IMG/VR virus record: IMGVR_UViG_3300038379_000145
Location: 1 to 36,385 of that record
DNA length: 36,385 bases
Reading direction: 5' to 3' (one strand)
Source of the DNA: a virus
Lineage: Duplodnaviria; Caudoviricetes
Positions 1 to 8,348 of this stretch are shown here, piece by piece. Position numbers and translations under genes: made by a program. The notes below the pieces were generated by a model. The model was not told the origin of the DNA, did no database searches, and saw nothing but the letters and a program-made list of their open reading frames with translations. Position 1 is the stretch's first letter; every line of letters begins with the position of its first letter.

Positions 1-63
1 AGGCTCCAAGCTCAGGGCCGAGGGCTCCAAGCTCAGGGCCGAGGGCTCCAAGCTCTGGGCCGA
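1..63 (+). repeat. 21-bp tandem repeat x3 (coding, truncated by window edge)
   Basis: Unit GGGCTCCAAGCTCAGGGCCGA at 1-21, 22-42 and 43-63, with at most one mismatch per copy. Confidence 0.9.
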
Positions 64-187
64 AGCGATTATCGCAGCATACGGCGACATCACGCTTGAA
101 TGGCGCTGGAACGAGGCCGCGCAGGACGATGACTGCATCCTGGGCAATGGCGAGCATTACGTGGCGCCGGTGAAGGAAACAGCATGA
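2..187 (+). CDS. Partial (3' end) phage protein with AEGSKL[R/W] heptad repeats
   Basis: Frame 2 reads GSKLRAEGSKLRAEGSKLWAEAIIAAYGDITLEWRW...VKETA*. The stop overlaps the next ATG (ATGA at 184-187). Confidence 0.75.
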   Translation, partial: GSKLRAEGSKLRAEGSKLWAEAIIAAYGDITLEWRWNEAAQDDDCILGNGEHYVAPVKETA

Positions 188-990
188 GCGCCCAAGAACA
201 AACTTTGACGGAACGCCGCTTGGCCAAGGCTGCCGCGCCCAGCGCGCTGATCGAGCAGGTGCTTATCAAGGGCGATCTGGCCAACCTCACGCCCGACGAG
301 CGCAATGCCTATTATCTGCGCGTCTGCGAGAGCGCTGGGCTGAACCCGCTCACCAAGCCGCTCGAATACATCAAGCTCAACGGCAAGCTCGTGCTCTACG
401 CGCTGCGCTCCTGCACCGATCAGTTACGGGCAATCCATGGCGTGAGCGTTGTGGACATGGACAACGAAGACCGCGACGGCGTGCACATCGTCACTGTGAA
501 GGTCACGGACAAACACGGGCGCTCGGACATGGCGCGCGGCGCCGTCAGCGTCGGCGGCCTCAAGGGCGAAGCGTTGGCCAATGCGATTATGAAGGCTGAG
601 ACGAAGGCCAAGCGCCGCGCGACTCTCTCGATCTGCGGGCTTGGGCTTCTGGACGAAACCGAAGTGGAAACCATTCCGGGCGCAGCCGCCATTGCGCCGG
701 AAGCTGCTGGCGGGGATGCTGACCCGGCAACACCCCCGCCCCGCCAGCAGCAGAAAATCCTGAACCCGGAAACGGGGCGCATGATCGATCCGAACAACGC
801 GCGCAATTCTCGCGCGAAGTGGGAGCGCTTCTGTGAGCGGGTGCGCGGCTTCACCGATCTGGACGAATTGGAAGCGTGGTGGGCGGACGCCTCCACGCAA
901 GCGGCGATCGATCAGATGCCATGGGCGGCAGAAGCGGCAGAGGAATACGAGAAGGCGCAGGAGCGCCTGATAAACGCGGGGCGGCCGTGA
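184..990 (+). CDS. Single-strand annealing recombinase, Bet/RecT-like
   Basis: GDLANLTPDERNAYYLRVCESAGLNPLTKP and NAIMKAETKAKRRATLSICGLG resemble phage annealases. It lies next to ninB. Confidence 0.75.
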   Translation: MSAQEQTLTERRLAKAAAPSALIEQVLIKGDLANLTPDERNAYYLRVCESAGLNPLTKPLEYIKLNGKLVLYALRSCTDQLRAIHGVSVVDMDNEDRDGVHIVTVKVTDKHGRSDMARGAVSVGGLKGEALANAIMKAETKAKRRATLSICGLGLLDETEVETIPGAAAIAPEAAGGDADPATPPPRQQQKILNPETGRMIDPNNARNSRAKWERFCERVRGFTDLDELEAWWADASTQAAIDQMPWAAEAAEEYEKAQERLINAGRP

Positions 991-1181
991 TCCGCCCACC
1001 GATCACCCTCCGCAGCGCGGCCATGATGACGGAAGCTCTAAAGCGAGCTTACTATGAATGGGCGATGAACAATGCGCGAATCCCTACGCGCGAGTCAGAC
1101 AATGTCATGGAGGGCATAGCGCACGAGTTAGAGAAGGCAGGCTTTGCGTTGGCGCCTAAGGATTGGGATGATCGGCAGTGA
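987..1181 (+). CDS. Hypothetical protein (64 aa)
   Basis: GTG at 987 overlaps the upstream stop (GTGA), and its own stop overlaps the ninB GTG. Confidence 0.6.
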   Translation: MIRPPITLRSAAMMTEALKRAYYEWAMNNARIPTRESDNVMEGIAHELEKAGFALAPKDWDDRQ

Positions 1182-1585
1182 TCCGCCCGCCCATCCGTCT
1201 CAACACGCGCACCGCCCGCCAGTTCGCAGCGTCCTACATTATGGACGCCGCGCCAGAGGGATGCGTGGTCAGCTTTAAGGAAGCAACCCGCTCGCTGGAG
1301 CAGAACAATCTGCTCTGGGCGCGGCTGTCTCAGCTATCACGCGATGTGAAATGGGATGGCGAGACGCTGACGCCGAATGAGTGGAAAGACCTGCTGACTG
1401 CCTGCCTGCGCAAGCAGAAGGCTGTGCGCGGGATCGAGGGCGGCTTGGTGTTCCTTGGCGCGCGCACGTCGCAAATGAGCAAGGGCGAGATGAATGATCT
1501 CCTGACGCTGATGGAAGCGTTCGCGGTCGAGCGCGGCATAGCGTTCCGCGATCAGGTTGAGGCGCTGGAGTATGCGCGGCAGTAG
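1178..1585 (+). CDS. ninB: NinB/Orf family recombination mediator
   Basis: RSLEQNNLLWARL, EWKDLL and GARTSQMSKGEMNDLLTLMEAF are characteristic NinB motifs. Confidence 0.88.
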   Translation: MIRPPIRLNTRTARQFAASYIMDAAPEGCVVSFKEATRSLEQNNLLWARLSQLSRDVKWDGETLTPNEWKDLLTACLRKQKAVRGIEGGLVFLGARTSQMSKGEMNDLLTLMEAFAVERGIAFRDQVEALEYARQ

Positions 1586-1594
1586 GAGGAGAGA

Positions 1595-1909
1595 ATGGCT
1601 AAGCATGAACTGAAAACCATCGCTCGATATTGGGACGCCGTAAATAAGGGCGAAAAGCTTTTCCAGGTCCGAAAAAACGACCGCTTTTTTCAAGCAGGCG
1701 ACACCGTCGTCCTGCTGAGGCTCCACGACTATGGAAGACCCCATCGGCCCTACTCTGACAAATACGGCAACGAGACAGGGATAGCAGACGCTGCAAGACT
1801 AACGTTTCGCGTCGGCCCAATCCTTCAAGGCGGGCAGTTCGGCATTGAGCCTGGGTATTGCGTGTTCTCGTTGCTGCCTGCTGTTCAGGAGACAGAGAGC
1901 GATGAGTGA
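1595..1909 (+). CDS. DUF3850/ASCH-like domain protein
   Basis: HELKTIARYWDAVNKGEKLFQVRKNDRFFQAGD matches the HELK...GxKxFExRxNDRxFxxGD pattern. GGAG RBS upstream. Confidence 0.8.
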   Translation: MAKHELKTIARYWDAVNKGEKLFQVRKNDRFFQAGDTVVLLRLHDYGRPHRPYSDKYGNETGIADAARLTFRVGPILQGGQFGIEPGYCVFSLLPAVQETESDE

Positions 1910-2240
1910 CCTAGTGGATAGAGCGGCGAAAACGATGTGCGAGGGAGACGGGTTTCACTGGCTCCCCGAACCGCCGGACGCCGTGTGTATTGATTACCGG
2001 GCCACGGCCCGCGCCGTGCTCCTCGCCGCGCTCGATCCTGAGGATAAGGCGCTGGTAGAGCGTGCAGCGCGCGCCTTGGGGCAGTTCTATGTCGGCGGCG
2101 ACGTGGGCGGCGATCGGGTTGTGTCCGCTTGGTGTGGTGACGCGGAGGCGTTGGCCCGCGCCGCCATCGCCGCGCTCAGAGAGCTAGTGGAGGGAGAGGA
2201 CGCGCCGCAGTACGAGCGCGCGGCCTTCCGCGCACTATGA
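1902..2240 (+). CDS. Hypothetical protein (112 aa)
   Basis: ATG at 1902 after AGGAG. Internal duplication LVDRAAK...ARAVL / LVERAAR...ARAAI. Confidence 0.65.
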   Translation: MSDLVDRAAKTMCEGDGFHWLPEPPDAVCIDYRATARAVLLAALDPEDKALVERAARALGQFYVGGDVGGDRVVSAWCGDAEALARAAIAALRELVEGEDAPQYERAAFRAL

Positions 2241-2290
2241 CATTCTCGAACGGTGCGGCGCCCGCATGGACGACTTCCGCCGCTCTTCCC

Positions 2291-2422
2291 CTAAAGAAAC
2301 GGAACGTTCGGAATGACGTACTTCGCCGCGAGCGCCCAGCCGATAGCGCCCCATAGGCCCGCGAAGGTCCAGCGCAAAATGAAGGCTGGCCAGGCGTTGG
2401 CGTCGATGTTCAAAGCTGCCAT
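2291..2422 (-). CDS. Small membrane protein (43 aa), last late gene; not in ORF track
   Basis: Manual translation gives MAALNIDANAWPAFILRWTFAGLWGAIGWALAAKYVIPNVPFL*. GGAG RBS, and the start is 6 nt after the upstream stop. Confidence 0.6.
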   Translation of the reverse strand: MAALNIDANAWPAFILRWTFAGLWGAIGWALAAKYVIPNVPFL

Positions 2423-2428
2423 GTGTGT

Positions 2429-3973
2429 TTACTCCGCTGCTGTGCGAGCGGCCAGCAAGTGGCTCTCGCGGGTTTCGGGTTCGTCGCGAGGCTCGGCATG
2501 CTCGCTCTCTTGATCTGGTTCGGCGCTGTCGGCTTGCTCCTGTTCCTGGTGTTCCGCCACAACAGGCGCATCCGCTAGCGGTTCATCGTCTTGGAAGGTA
2601 ATGTCTTCCAGTTCTTCTGCGGGAGGTTCGGGTTGATCCGTAGAAGGCGCTTCAGCAGAAGATGCATCGGCCTGCTTGTCGCTGGCTGGAAGGCTCTCTT
2701 CCATCGTGACCGGGGTTGGCGGCGCATCTACCGTGACAGCTTCGCTGACTTGCTCCGTCGCTGATGCCGCCGTCCGCTCGCCGCCGTCGTACTCGACGCC
2801 GGTTTCGTCGGGCGGGATTTCAGGCTTAATGGCAAGCTTCTGCACCTTGCCCTTGCGCTTGCGCCAGTACTCACGCGGCTTAACCTTCACCAGCTCCTCG
2901 CCGGTTTCCGCGTCGGTCACAACCTCGCGCGCGGGCCGCATCGGCTGCGGCGCCACGGGCTCTTGATCGCGCAAGTCCTCGATCCGGTGGCTTTCGTCTG
3001 CCCATCCGGAGCGCATCACATCGCGGGGATTGAGCCCCTGCATGAGCGCAAGCACCCACCAGGCCCCAAAGATGCCGATCAGCGTGCAGATCACGGCCAC
3101 GAACGGCGGGCGCCACACTTCGACGTATTGCGCGAACGTGTTCAGCTCGCGGCCAACATTGTCCTCGACGTTTGCCGCACTGGCGGCCTCAGGCGCGGCC
3201 GTGGCGCGCTCGATGGTCAGCCGTTCGATATTGGCCCGGCGCTGATCGGCGGCGCGGGCGGCGCCCAAAGCGCGCTCCAGCATCGGCAAGCGCGGATCAT
3301 TAGTGGCGCGGGCTTGCGCCACGTATGAGCGCTCCCATTCTGCGGCGCCCACATTGGCCGCTTGGTTGAGGTACGGATTGGAATTGTTGAGCGCCAAGCG
3401 AAGCTGCTCTTGCTCGAACGCCAGCCGCGCCTCGATGGCCGCGCGGCCCTGCGCCGCCGTCTGCTCGACCACCACCGCCTCGCGCACCTGATCCTGGCGG
3501 TTGTAGTTCATCACCACCGTACCGGAGACAATAACCAGGATGTTGGCCAGCAAGCCGCAGAGAATGACCGTCCCGCGCCGCCAGCGGCCAGATCCGCGCA
3601 TGGCGAACTGCACCGGCAGCCACACCATGGATAGCATGACGATGGGCACGGTCGCGCACACCAGGCCCACCAGCACCGGCCAATGTGCCGAGAAAGCGAA
3701 GTTCCAGAGCGCCGACGCGGGCGCCTCCGAGCCGAAGCTTGTCTCATAGTTCCAGTCGATGCGCCCCGTCGCTTCAATGCAGAACAGAAGCGCCCAGTAC
3801 CATTCGACTATCGCCGCGCAGATCGTCGCGGCGGCCGGAACATGAAGCAGGAAGAAACGACCATGGCCGTGCTCGCTATGGAGCGCTTGCTGCGCCTTCC
3901 TGGCTTCTGCCTTCTCCTTCCACTCCCGAAAAAACACCCCTGCTTTCAGCTTTGCGTTCTGAAAAAACTGCAT
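2429..3973 (-). CDS. Multi-pass membrane protein with coiled-coil loop and acidic tail (514 aa)
   Basis: About three N-terminal hydrophobic segments, an Ala/Glu/Arg-rich helical region, a fourth hydrophobic segment (FVAVICTLIGIFGAWWVLAL) and an E/D/P-rich C-terminus. Confidence 0.8.
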   Translation of the reverse strand: MQFFQNAKLKAGVFFREWKEKAEARKAQQALHSEHGHGRFFLLHVPAAATICAAIVEWYWALLFCIEATGRIDWNYETSFGSEAPASALWNFAFSAHWPVLVGLVCATVPIVMLSMVWLPVQFAMRGSGRWRRGTVILCGLLANILVIVSGTVVMNYNRQDQVREAVVVEQTAAQGRAAIEARLAFEQEQLRLALNNSNPYLNQAANVGAAEWERSYVAQARATNDPRLPMLERALGAARAADQRRANIERLTIERATAAPEAASAANVEDNVGRELNTFAQYVEVWRPPFVAVICTLIGIFGAWWVLALMQGLNPRDVMRSGWADESHRIEDLRDQEPVAPQPMRPAREVVTDAETGEELVKVKPREYWRKRKGKVQKLAIKPEIPPDETGVEYDGGERTAASATEQVSEAVTVDAPPTPVTMEESLPASDKQADASSAEAPSTDQPEPPAEELEDITFQDDEPLADAPVVAEHQEQEQADSAEPDQESEHAEPRDEPETRESHLLAARTAAE

Positions 3974-3976
3974 CCA

Positions 3977-4327
3977 TCATCCTAAGAAAAAACGCGCCGC
4001 CATGAACGAACCGAACGCGGTCAGCGCGAGCAGCAGCACGCGCTCGAACCCGCCCACGGCGTTCGTCTTTGGCAGAGCGTCTAGCGCGCGGTGCAGAGAC
4101 AGGGCCATGTGGTCCGCCTCTACAGGCTGCGCAGGGCGAGAACTCACCTTGCTCGATAATTCCTGTAGCGCCTTGGTCATTTCCTCGACGCGCGAGGGCA
4201 AGTGCATGAGCGATGCGGAGATGCGCGCCTGTTCCAGCTCGATGGCGTGCAGGCGCGCCCGCATCTCATCGCGGCTGGTGACAAACTCCCTGAACCTGAC
4301 AGATTGGCCCAAGTCCTCTTCGCTCAT
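3977..4327 (-). CDS. Coiled-coil protein with C-terminal TM anchor (lysis region)
   Basis: Heptad-like region followed by VLLLALTAFGSFMAARFFLG. ATGA coupling to the upstream ORF. Confidence 0.75.
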   Translation of the reverse strand: MSEEDLGQSVRFREFVTSRDEMRARLHAIELEQARISASLMHLPSRVEEMTKALQELSSKVSSRPAQPVEADHMALSLHRALDALPKTNAVGGFERVLLLALTAFGSFMAARFFLG

Positions 4328-4509
4328 GGTTGCTCCGGCGTAGTCGTGGTCAATAGTTGCTCGATGCGGGCGATCGCGGATTCGAGGCGGTCAAACCGCC
4401 CCTCGCGGTCGCGGAGAATGGAGAGCGTCGCAATGACCACCCCCATCATGATGACGACAGCCACGAGCGTAAGCCATTCTAGCGCGCGCTCCTGCGGCGA
4501 AGGTTTCAT
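4324..4509 (-). CDS. Small single-TM protein (61 aa)
   Basis: WLTLVAVVIMMGVVIATLSIL. ATGA overlaps on both sides. Confidence 0.7.
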   Translation of the reverse strand: MKPSPQERALEWLTLVAVVIMMGVVIATLSILRDREGRFDRLESAIARIEQLLTTTTPEQP

Positions 4510-4877
4510 TCCTCTTGCTCACGCGCCCAGTCGCGGCAGCGCGCCTGCGTCTCGGCGTTCATGATGCGGGCGTTCCGCTCGGCGTCGCGCTCTCCGAGAT
4601 AGTGGAGGCCAGCAAGCTCCGCGCGCTCCCGGCGCCTGGCTTCGTATGTGAGCCATGCGGGATAGTTCTGGGCGGTAGGCTGTCCTGCCGGGCGTTCGAT
4701 CGGATCGGGCATCGGCGGCTCCTCGACGGGCGCCGGCTCCACAGGCCCCACCAGACAGGCGGGCGAAATAACCACCGGCGCAATTACGGGCGCCGGATCA
4801 TTGCGAAACAGGCTCGTCGTCCCGCAAGCTCCAAGCGGGAGGGTCAGGGCTGTTAGCAAGCACGTTTTGAATCTCAC
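4506..4877 (-). CDS. Outer-membrane lipoprotein, o-spanin (Rz1-like)
   Basis: GTG at 4877 after AAGGAG. MRFKTCLLTALTLPLGAC contains a lipobox, the mature part is Pro-rich, and it overlaps the end of the upstream coiled-coil gene. Confidence 0.8.
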   Translation of the reverse strand: MRFKTCLLTALTLPLGACGTTSLFRNDPAPVIAPVVISPACLVGPVEPAPVEEPPMPDPIERPAGQPTAQNYPAWLTYEARRRERAELAGLHYLGERDAERNARIMNAETQARCRDWAREQEE

Positions 4878-5529
4878 GCTGCCGTCTCCTTTCTGCGGCC
4901 GCCGCGCGGGCGGCCCTGGCGCGCTCGCGTTCGAGCGCATCGGCGGTTTCGCTGGCGAGGCGGCGAGCGTCAGCCAAGCCGGCGGCGTATTGTTCCGCCC
5001 GTTCTTTCCAGCCGTCGCGCTCTTCAAGCGCTTGGCGCATGTCGCGCCGGGCGTCGGCTAGATCGCCCTTGGCGTTGTTGAGGCGGGCGGTCTGAATCCC
5101 GGTCAGCGCCAGCCCCGCCACAATCCAGGTGATCGGGCTGGCGAGGATAGCCATAGCCGGAGAAGCCCCCAGCGGGCCTAGGAAGCGCGCTGGGGCGAAC
5201 CCGCCGTCCGTGCGCCGCTCCAGCACCGGGGCGGCCATACCCTGCCGGCGGGCCGATATGGCCGCCTGGATGGCGTCCCGCTCCCACTTCTCCTCGCGGG
5301 TCAGCCTAGGCTTGCCCAGGAGCACCGTGAGGCGGCTTTCGGCGTCATGCTCGATATCGGACGCCATCCGCATCTGATCCGGGTCGGCGGCGTTGGCCGT
5401 CTCCATAAGCGAGAGCGAAACCCGTCGCTCGCGCAGAAGGTCGGCGTGCATGGCCTGCTCGCCCGCGAACCGATACCCCCGAACGCGCGCCCACAATTCC
5501 CGCGCACGGACGCGGACGCGCTCAAGCAT
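4798..5529 (-). CDS. i-spanin (Rz-like) with long N-terminal extension
   Basis: TM segment (ILASPITWIVAGLALTGI) followed by a long coiled coil ending PDPPAWSLRDD. Overlaps the lipoprotein gene. Start is ATG 5529 or TTG 5535. Confidence 0.7.
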   Translation of the reverse strand: MLERVRVRARELWARVRGYRFAGEQAMHADLLRERRVSLSLMETANAADPDQMRMASDIEHDAESRLTVLLGKPRLTREEKWERDAIQAAISARRQGMAAPVLERRTDGGFAPARFLGPLGASPAMAILASPITWIVAGLALTGIQTARLNNAKGDLADARRDMRQALEERDGWKERAEQYAAGLADARRLASETADALERERARAARAAAAERRRQREIQNVLANSPDPPAWSLRDDEPVSQ

Positions 5530-5531
5530 GG

Positions 5532-5888
5532 TCAAGGGCTGTCCCCCGGTCGCGGCCCGTCCGGCGACGGACCTAGGGCTGAAGAATCGAAAGGGGGCGG
5601 GCCCCCTCCCCGGGCGATCTCGTCGCGCCGCTCAATGTGACGCTGGTTGAAGATCTGCCAGAAGCTGGCCAGCGCCGGCAGCAAGGCCGCGAGGCCCGCC
5701 AGGATGGCGCCCAGGCCGCCGCTCATGTCCGGCACCGGCGCCCCGTTCTCGGCCGAGCGCTGGAACGCCAGCACGATGGCTGAGCCCACGCCCACAAAGA
5801 ACAGGAGCACAAGGCCCACCATGATGACCGCCAGCCACATGACCAGCGGACGCGGCGCGCGGTGCAGCCAGCCTTCGGGGCGCCTCAT
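5532..5888 (-). CDS. Putative holin (2 TM)
   Basis: RPLVMWLAVIMVGLVLLFFVGVGSAIVLAF and GLGAILAGLAALLPALASFW segments with a basic C-terminal patch. Directly upstream of the spanins. Confidence 0.55.
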   Translation of the reverse strand: MRRPEGWLHRAPRPLVMWLAVIMVGLVLLFFVGVGSAIVLAFQRSAENGAPVPDMSGGLGAILAGLAALLPALASFWQIFNQRHIERRDEIARGGGPPPFDSSALGPSPDGPRPGDSP

Positions 5889-6787
5889 GGCCAGTCGGCC
5901 TCTACCTCGAAGCTCTCGACCTCAGCGCGCGATGCGCCCTCCAGGAACTCGACCTTTGCGTCCCTGGCGCGCTCGATCTCGCTGATCCGGCGCAGCGTCG
6001 TCTCATAGCTTTCCAACTCCAGGCGGCGGCCCGGATCGTCCGGCCAGCGGTTCTCGGCCACGCCCATGGCGAAGTTGCGCAGCTCGATCAGAGCCGCCAA
6101 ATGGTTCGTCGTCCAGAACGGCATCAGCGTGCGGGCGTGGCGGATGACCAGCCCGATGGCCGCCGTGCGCTTCTGTTCGAGATTGTCGCCAAAGATGAAC
6201 GCGCCCGCCGCTTCGGCATTCGCGGCCTCGATCTCAGCCCCGAGCGAGTAGTCCTCTAGCTCGTTGGCTTCGAGGTAGTCGGCATCGAGAACCACTCCGG
6301 GATCATCTCGCCATTCTTCAGCGTGATCGTCTCGCCCCGGCTGTTCACCATCGTCGCTTGCGTCATGCCCCGAGGAAGCGTCAACGTCATGCTCGCCGAC
6401 GTAAGCGACATTTTCTGGCGCGGCATCATCCGACGCCTGTAGAGTTTCGCCGTGTGTCTCATCCTGCGGAATCCGCTCCGGTTCGGGCGGCGTGTAAACG
6501 TCACCCACAAGCGACTCGATGTCCTCTAGGCGCGGGATGGGCTGCGCCGGCGCGCCAGCCAGCCGGCTTGCCATGTCGACCAGCTCATGCGCAGCTTGTA
6601 TCGGATCGTCAGTGGTCGTGTCCGACATGCGCGTGTGCTTTGAGTGAACGCCGCCCGCGTGAACGCCGCCCATCCACCAGCCGCCGCCCGTCTCCTTGCA
6701 GAAGATGCCGCGCATCTCGCCCCGTGGCATAGGCGTAAAGCCGCCCGCCGCCAAAATGGCGGACACCTGATTTTCAATGTCGCTCAA
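5885..6787 (-). CDS. Acidic hypothetical protein, possible tail-fibre chaperone-like C-terminus
   Basis: TTG at 6787 after GGAGG, overlapping the tailspike stop. Ends AEVESFEVEADWP, like fibre-associated chaperones. Central D/E-rich linker. Confidence 0.6.
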   Translation of the reverse strand: MSDIENQVSAILAAGGFTPMPRGEMRGIFCKETGGGWWMGGVHAGGVHSKHTRMSDTTTDDPIQAAHELVDMASRLAGAPAQPIPRLEDIESLVGDVYTPPEPERIPQDETHGETLQASDDAAPENVAYVGEHDVDASSGHDASDDGEQPGRDDHAEEWRDDPGVVLDADYLEANELEDYSLGAEIEAANAEAAGAFIFGDNLEQKRTAAIGLVIRHARTLMPFWTTNHLAALIELRNFAMGVAENRWPDDPGRRLELESYETTLRRISEIERARDAKVEFLEGASRAEVESFEVEADWP

Positions 6788-8007
6788 AGCCAGCCTCCAG
6801 CGTCTGCTGAGTAATTGTTGCGCGCCACATACTGCCCCGTGTTCGTAACGCCAGCCGCAAAGCGAAAAGGCGTCGCCGTTGCAAACGTGCAATTCGCGGG
6901 CGCAATTTTCTTGTTGGCGCGGTTGTTCTGAAGCTCGATGTACGCTTGCACGCTGCCCGATTGGTTGCGCCAGAAGCGCTCTCCCTCAATCACCACATGC
7001 TCTGGCGCATCGTTGTCAGACAGGATCAGATGCAGCGGGACGTAATAGTCGTTACCGCCGCCCAGAATGATCGCCTTGTCGTAACCGTTCTGTCCGCCGA
7101 TCTTCACCGGCGCGCCGTCAAAGTTGTTTCCGTCTGCGATGTTGTGGCCGCGCGCTAGGCACTCAAACCGCGCCGCCGCTTGGGTCAGCGAGTACGTGCG
7201 GTTATTCTTGAATTGCAGTCCGCCGCAATTGGGGAACCAGAAGCCCTCCGCACCGCCGGACGCAGTGCAGCTTTCAACGCTTAGGTCAGTGACGGCTTGC
7301 GTGTTGTTATCCGCCGCCCCTTGCGTGCCGAATTGAGCGCCAGCGTTATTGCGAAACATGCAATGGCGCACTGTGTTGTCTGAAAGGAACCCTGTCGTTC
7401 CCAGCGTGCCATCCTGATTGCGCCGCGTGATGACGGCGCCGAAGTCGCCCACCGCATTAATGCACTGAACGCCGATAAGTTCAGAGCCGTATGTCTTCAG
7501 CGTCAGCGCGCGCTGGGCCAGATTGTTCGCGTCGAACACGACATTAGCGACACGGTACGGCTGGCCCGCATACACCTTCCATTGATGCGAGCCGAACCAC
7601 CGATCTGTCGCCACCATCGAAGATGACGCAGCGCGCGCGCGAATGGTTGCCGTGCCGCCGCGACAAAACAGGCCGAGTTTATTCCACGATCCGGCAAACG
7701 TTTTGAGCGCGATTTCATCGACAGAGTACACAGCGCCAGGCCGAAGCTCGACCGCGCCAGATTCACCCATTGCGTTTATCGCCTGCTGCAACGCCCATGT
7801 GTCGTTGGCGACGCCATCGCCAACCGCGTACCAGCTTTCCGGGCGCTTAGTCAGTTCGGGTGGTATTGCTGCAAGGGCGCTATTGGCTACAGCTTGCGCC
7901 GCTGATGCCGCGGATTGCGCGGACGCCGATTGCGCTAGCGCTGCGCTGACATCGGCCAAGTGATCTTCGATCGGCCGCCCTGCTACCTGAAGCGCAACAG
8001 TCATCAC
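6784..8007 (-). CDS. Tailspike / depolymerase, pectate-lyase-like beta-helix
   Basis: PESWYAVGDGVANDTWALQQAINA is the typical beta-helix cap motif, followed by Asn/Gly-rich repeats. Confidence 0.8.
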   Translation of the reverse strand: MMTVALQVAGRPIEDHLADVSAALAQSASAQSAASAAQAVANSALAAIPPELTKRPESWYAVGDGVANDTWALQQAINAMGESGAVELRPGAVYSVDEIALKTFAGSWNKLGLFCRGGTATIRARAASSSMVATDRWFGSHQWKVYAGQPYRVANVVFDANNLAQRALTLKTYGSELIGVQCINAVGDFGAVITRRNQDGTLGTTGFLSDNTVRHCMFRNNAGAQFGTQGAADNNTQAVTDLSVESCTASGGAEGFWFPNCGGLQFKNNRTYSLTQAAARFECLARGHNIADGNNFDGAPVKIGGQNGYDKAIILGGGNDYYVPLHLILSDNDAPEHVVIEGERFWRNQSGSVQAYIELQNNRANKKIAPANCTFATATPFRFAAGVTNTGQYVARNNYSADAGGWL

Positions 8008-8348
8008 GTCCTCGTCAGTGTGACGGCCTCAATCAGAGCGCCGCCGCTGTTGTTCTTGATCTCGAATGTACTGACCCAGCCCACGACGATCAGAGCGCAT
8101 CGCACCGCAAGCGTGTCTCCGTTCGACATCGCGAGCGTTCCGCCGTCCGTAATGGTTGTCCAAGCGCCGCCGTTCTTGGAGTATTCAGGAGTAAGAATAT
8201 CGCCGCCGATGTCTGAGAACAAAAGCGTACCCGTGCCGGTGATCGTGCGCGTTGCGGACGTGACAGGCGACGATGCCGACGATGTGCTGAATATGCCGTC
8301 AAACGTAAGCGCTGCGCGCGCCGTGAACGTAGCGATAAGCGGGTGCAT
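8004..8348 (-). CDS. Small Thr/Gly-rich beta protein, fibre-associated (114 aa)
   Basis: ATG at 8348 overlaps the fibre stop (TAATG). Contains EYSKNGGAWT. The ORF-track N-terminal extension is probably spurious. Confidence 0.7.
   Translation of the reverse strand: MHPLIATFTARAALTFDGIFSTSSASSPVTSATRTITGTGTLLFSDIGGDILTPEYSKNGGAWTTITDGGTLAMSNGDTLAVRCALIVVGWVSTFEIKNNSGGALIEAVTLTRT

Noticed and set aside
1-63. CRISPR array
   Set aside because: The repeats are directly adjacent with no spacers and are in frame within a CDS.
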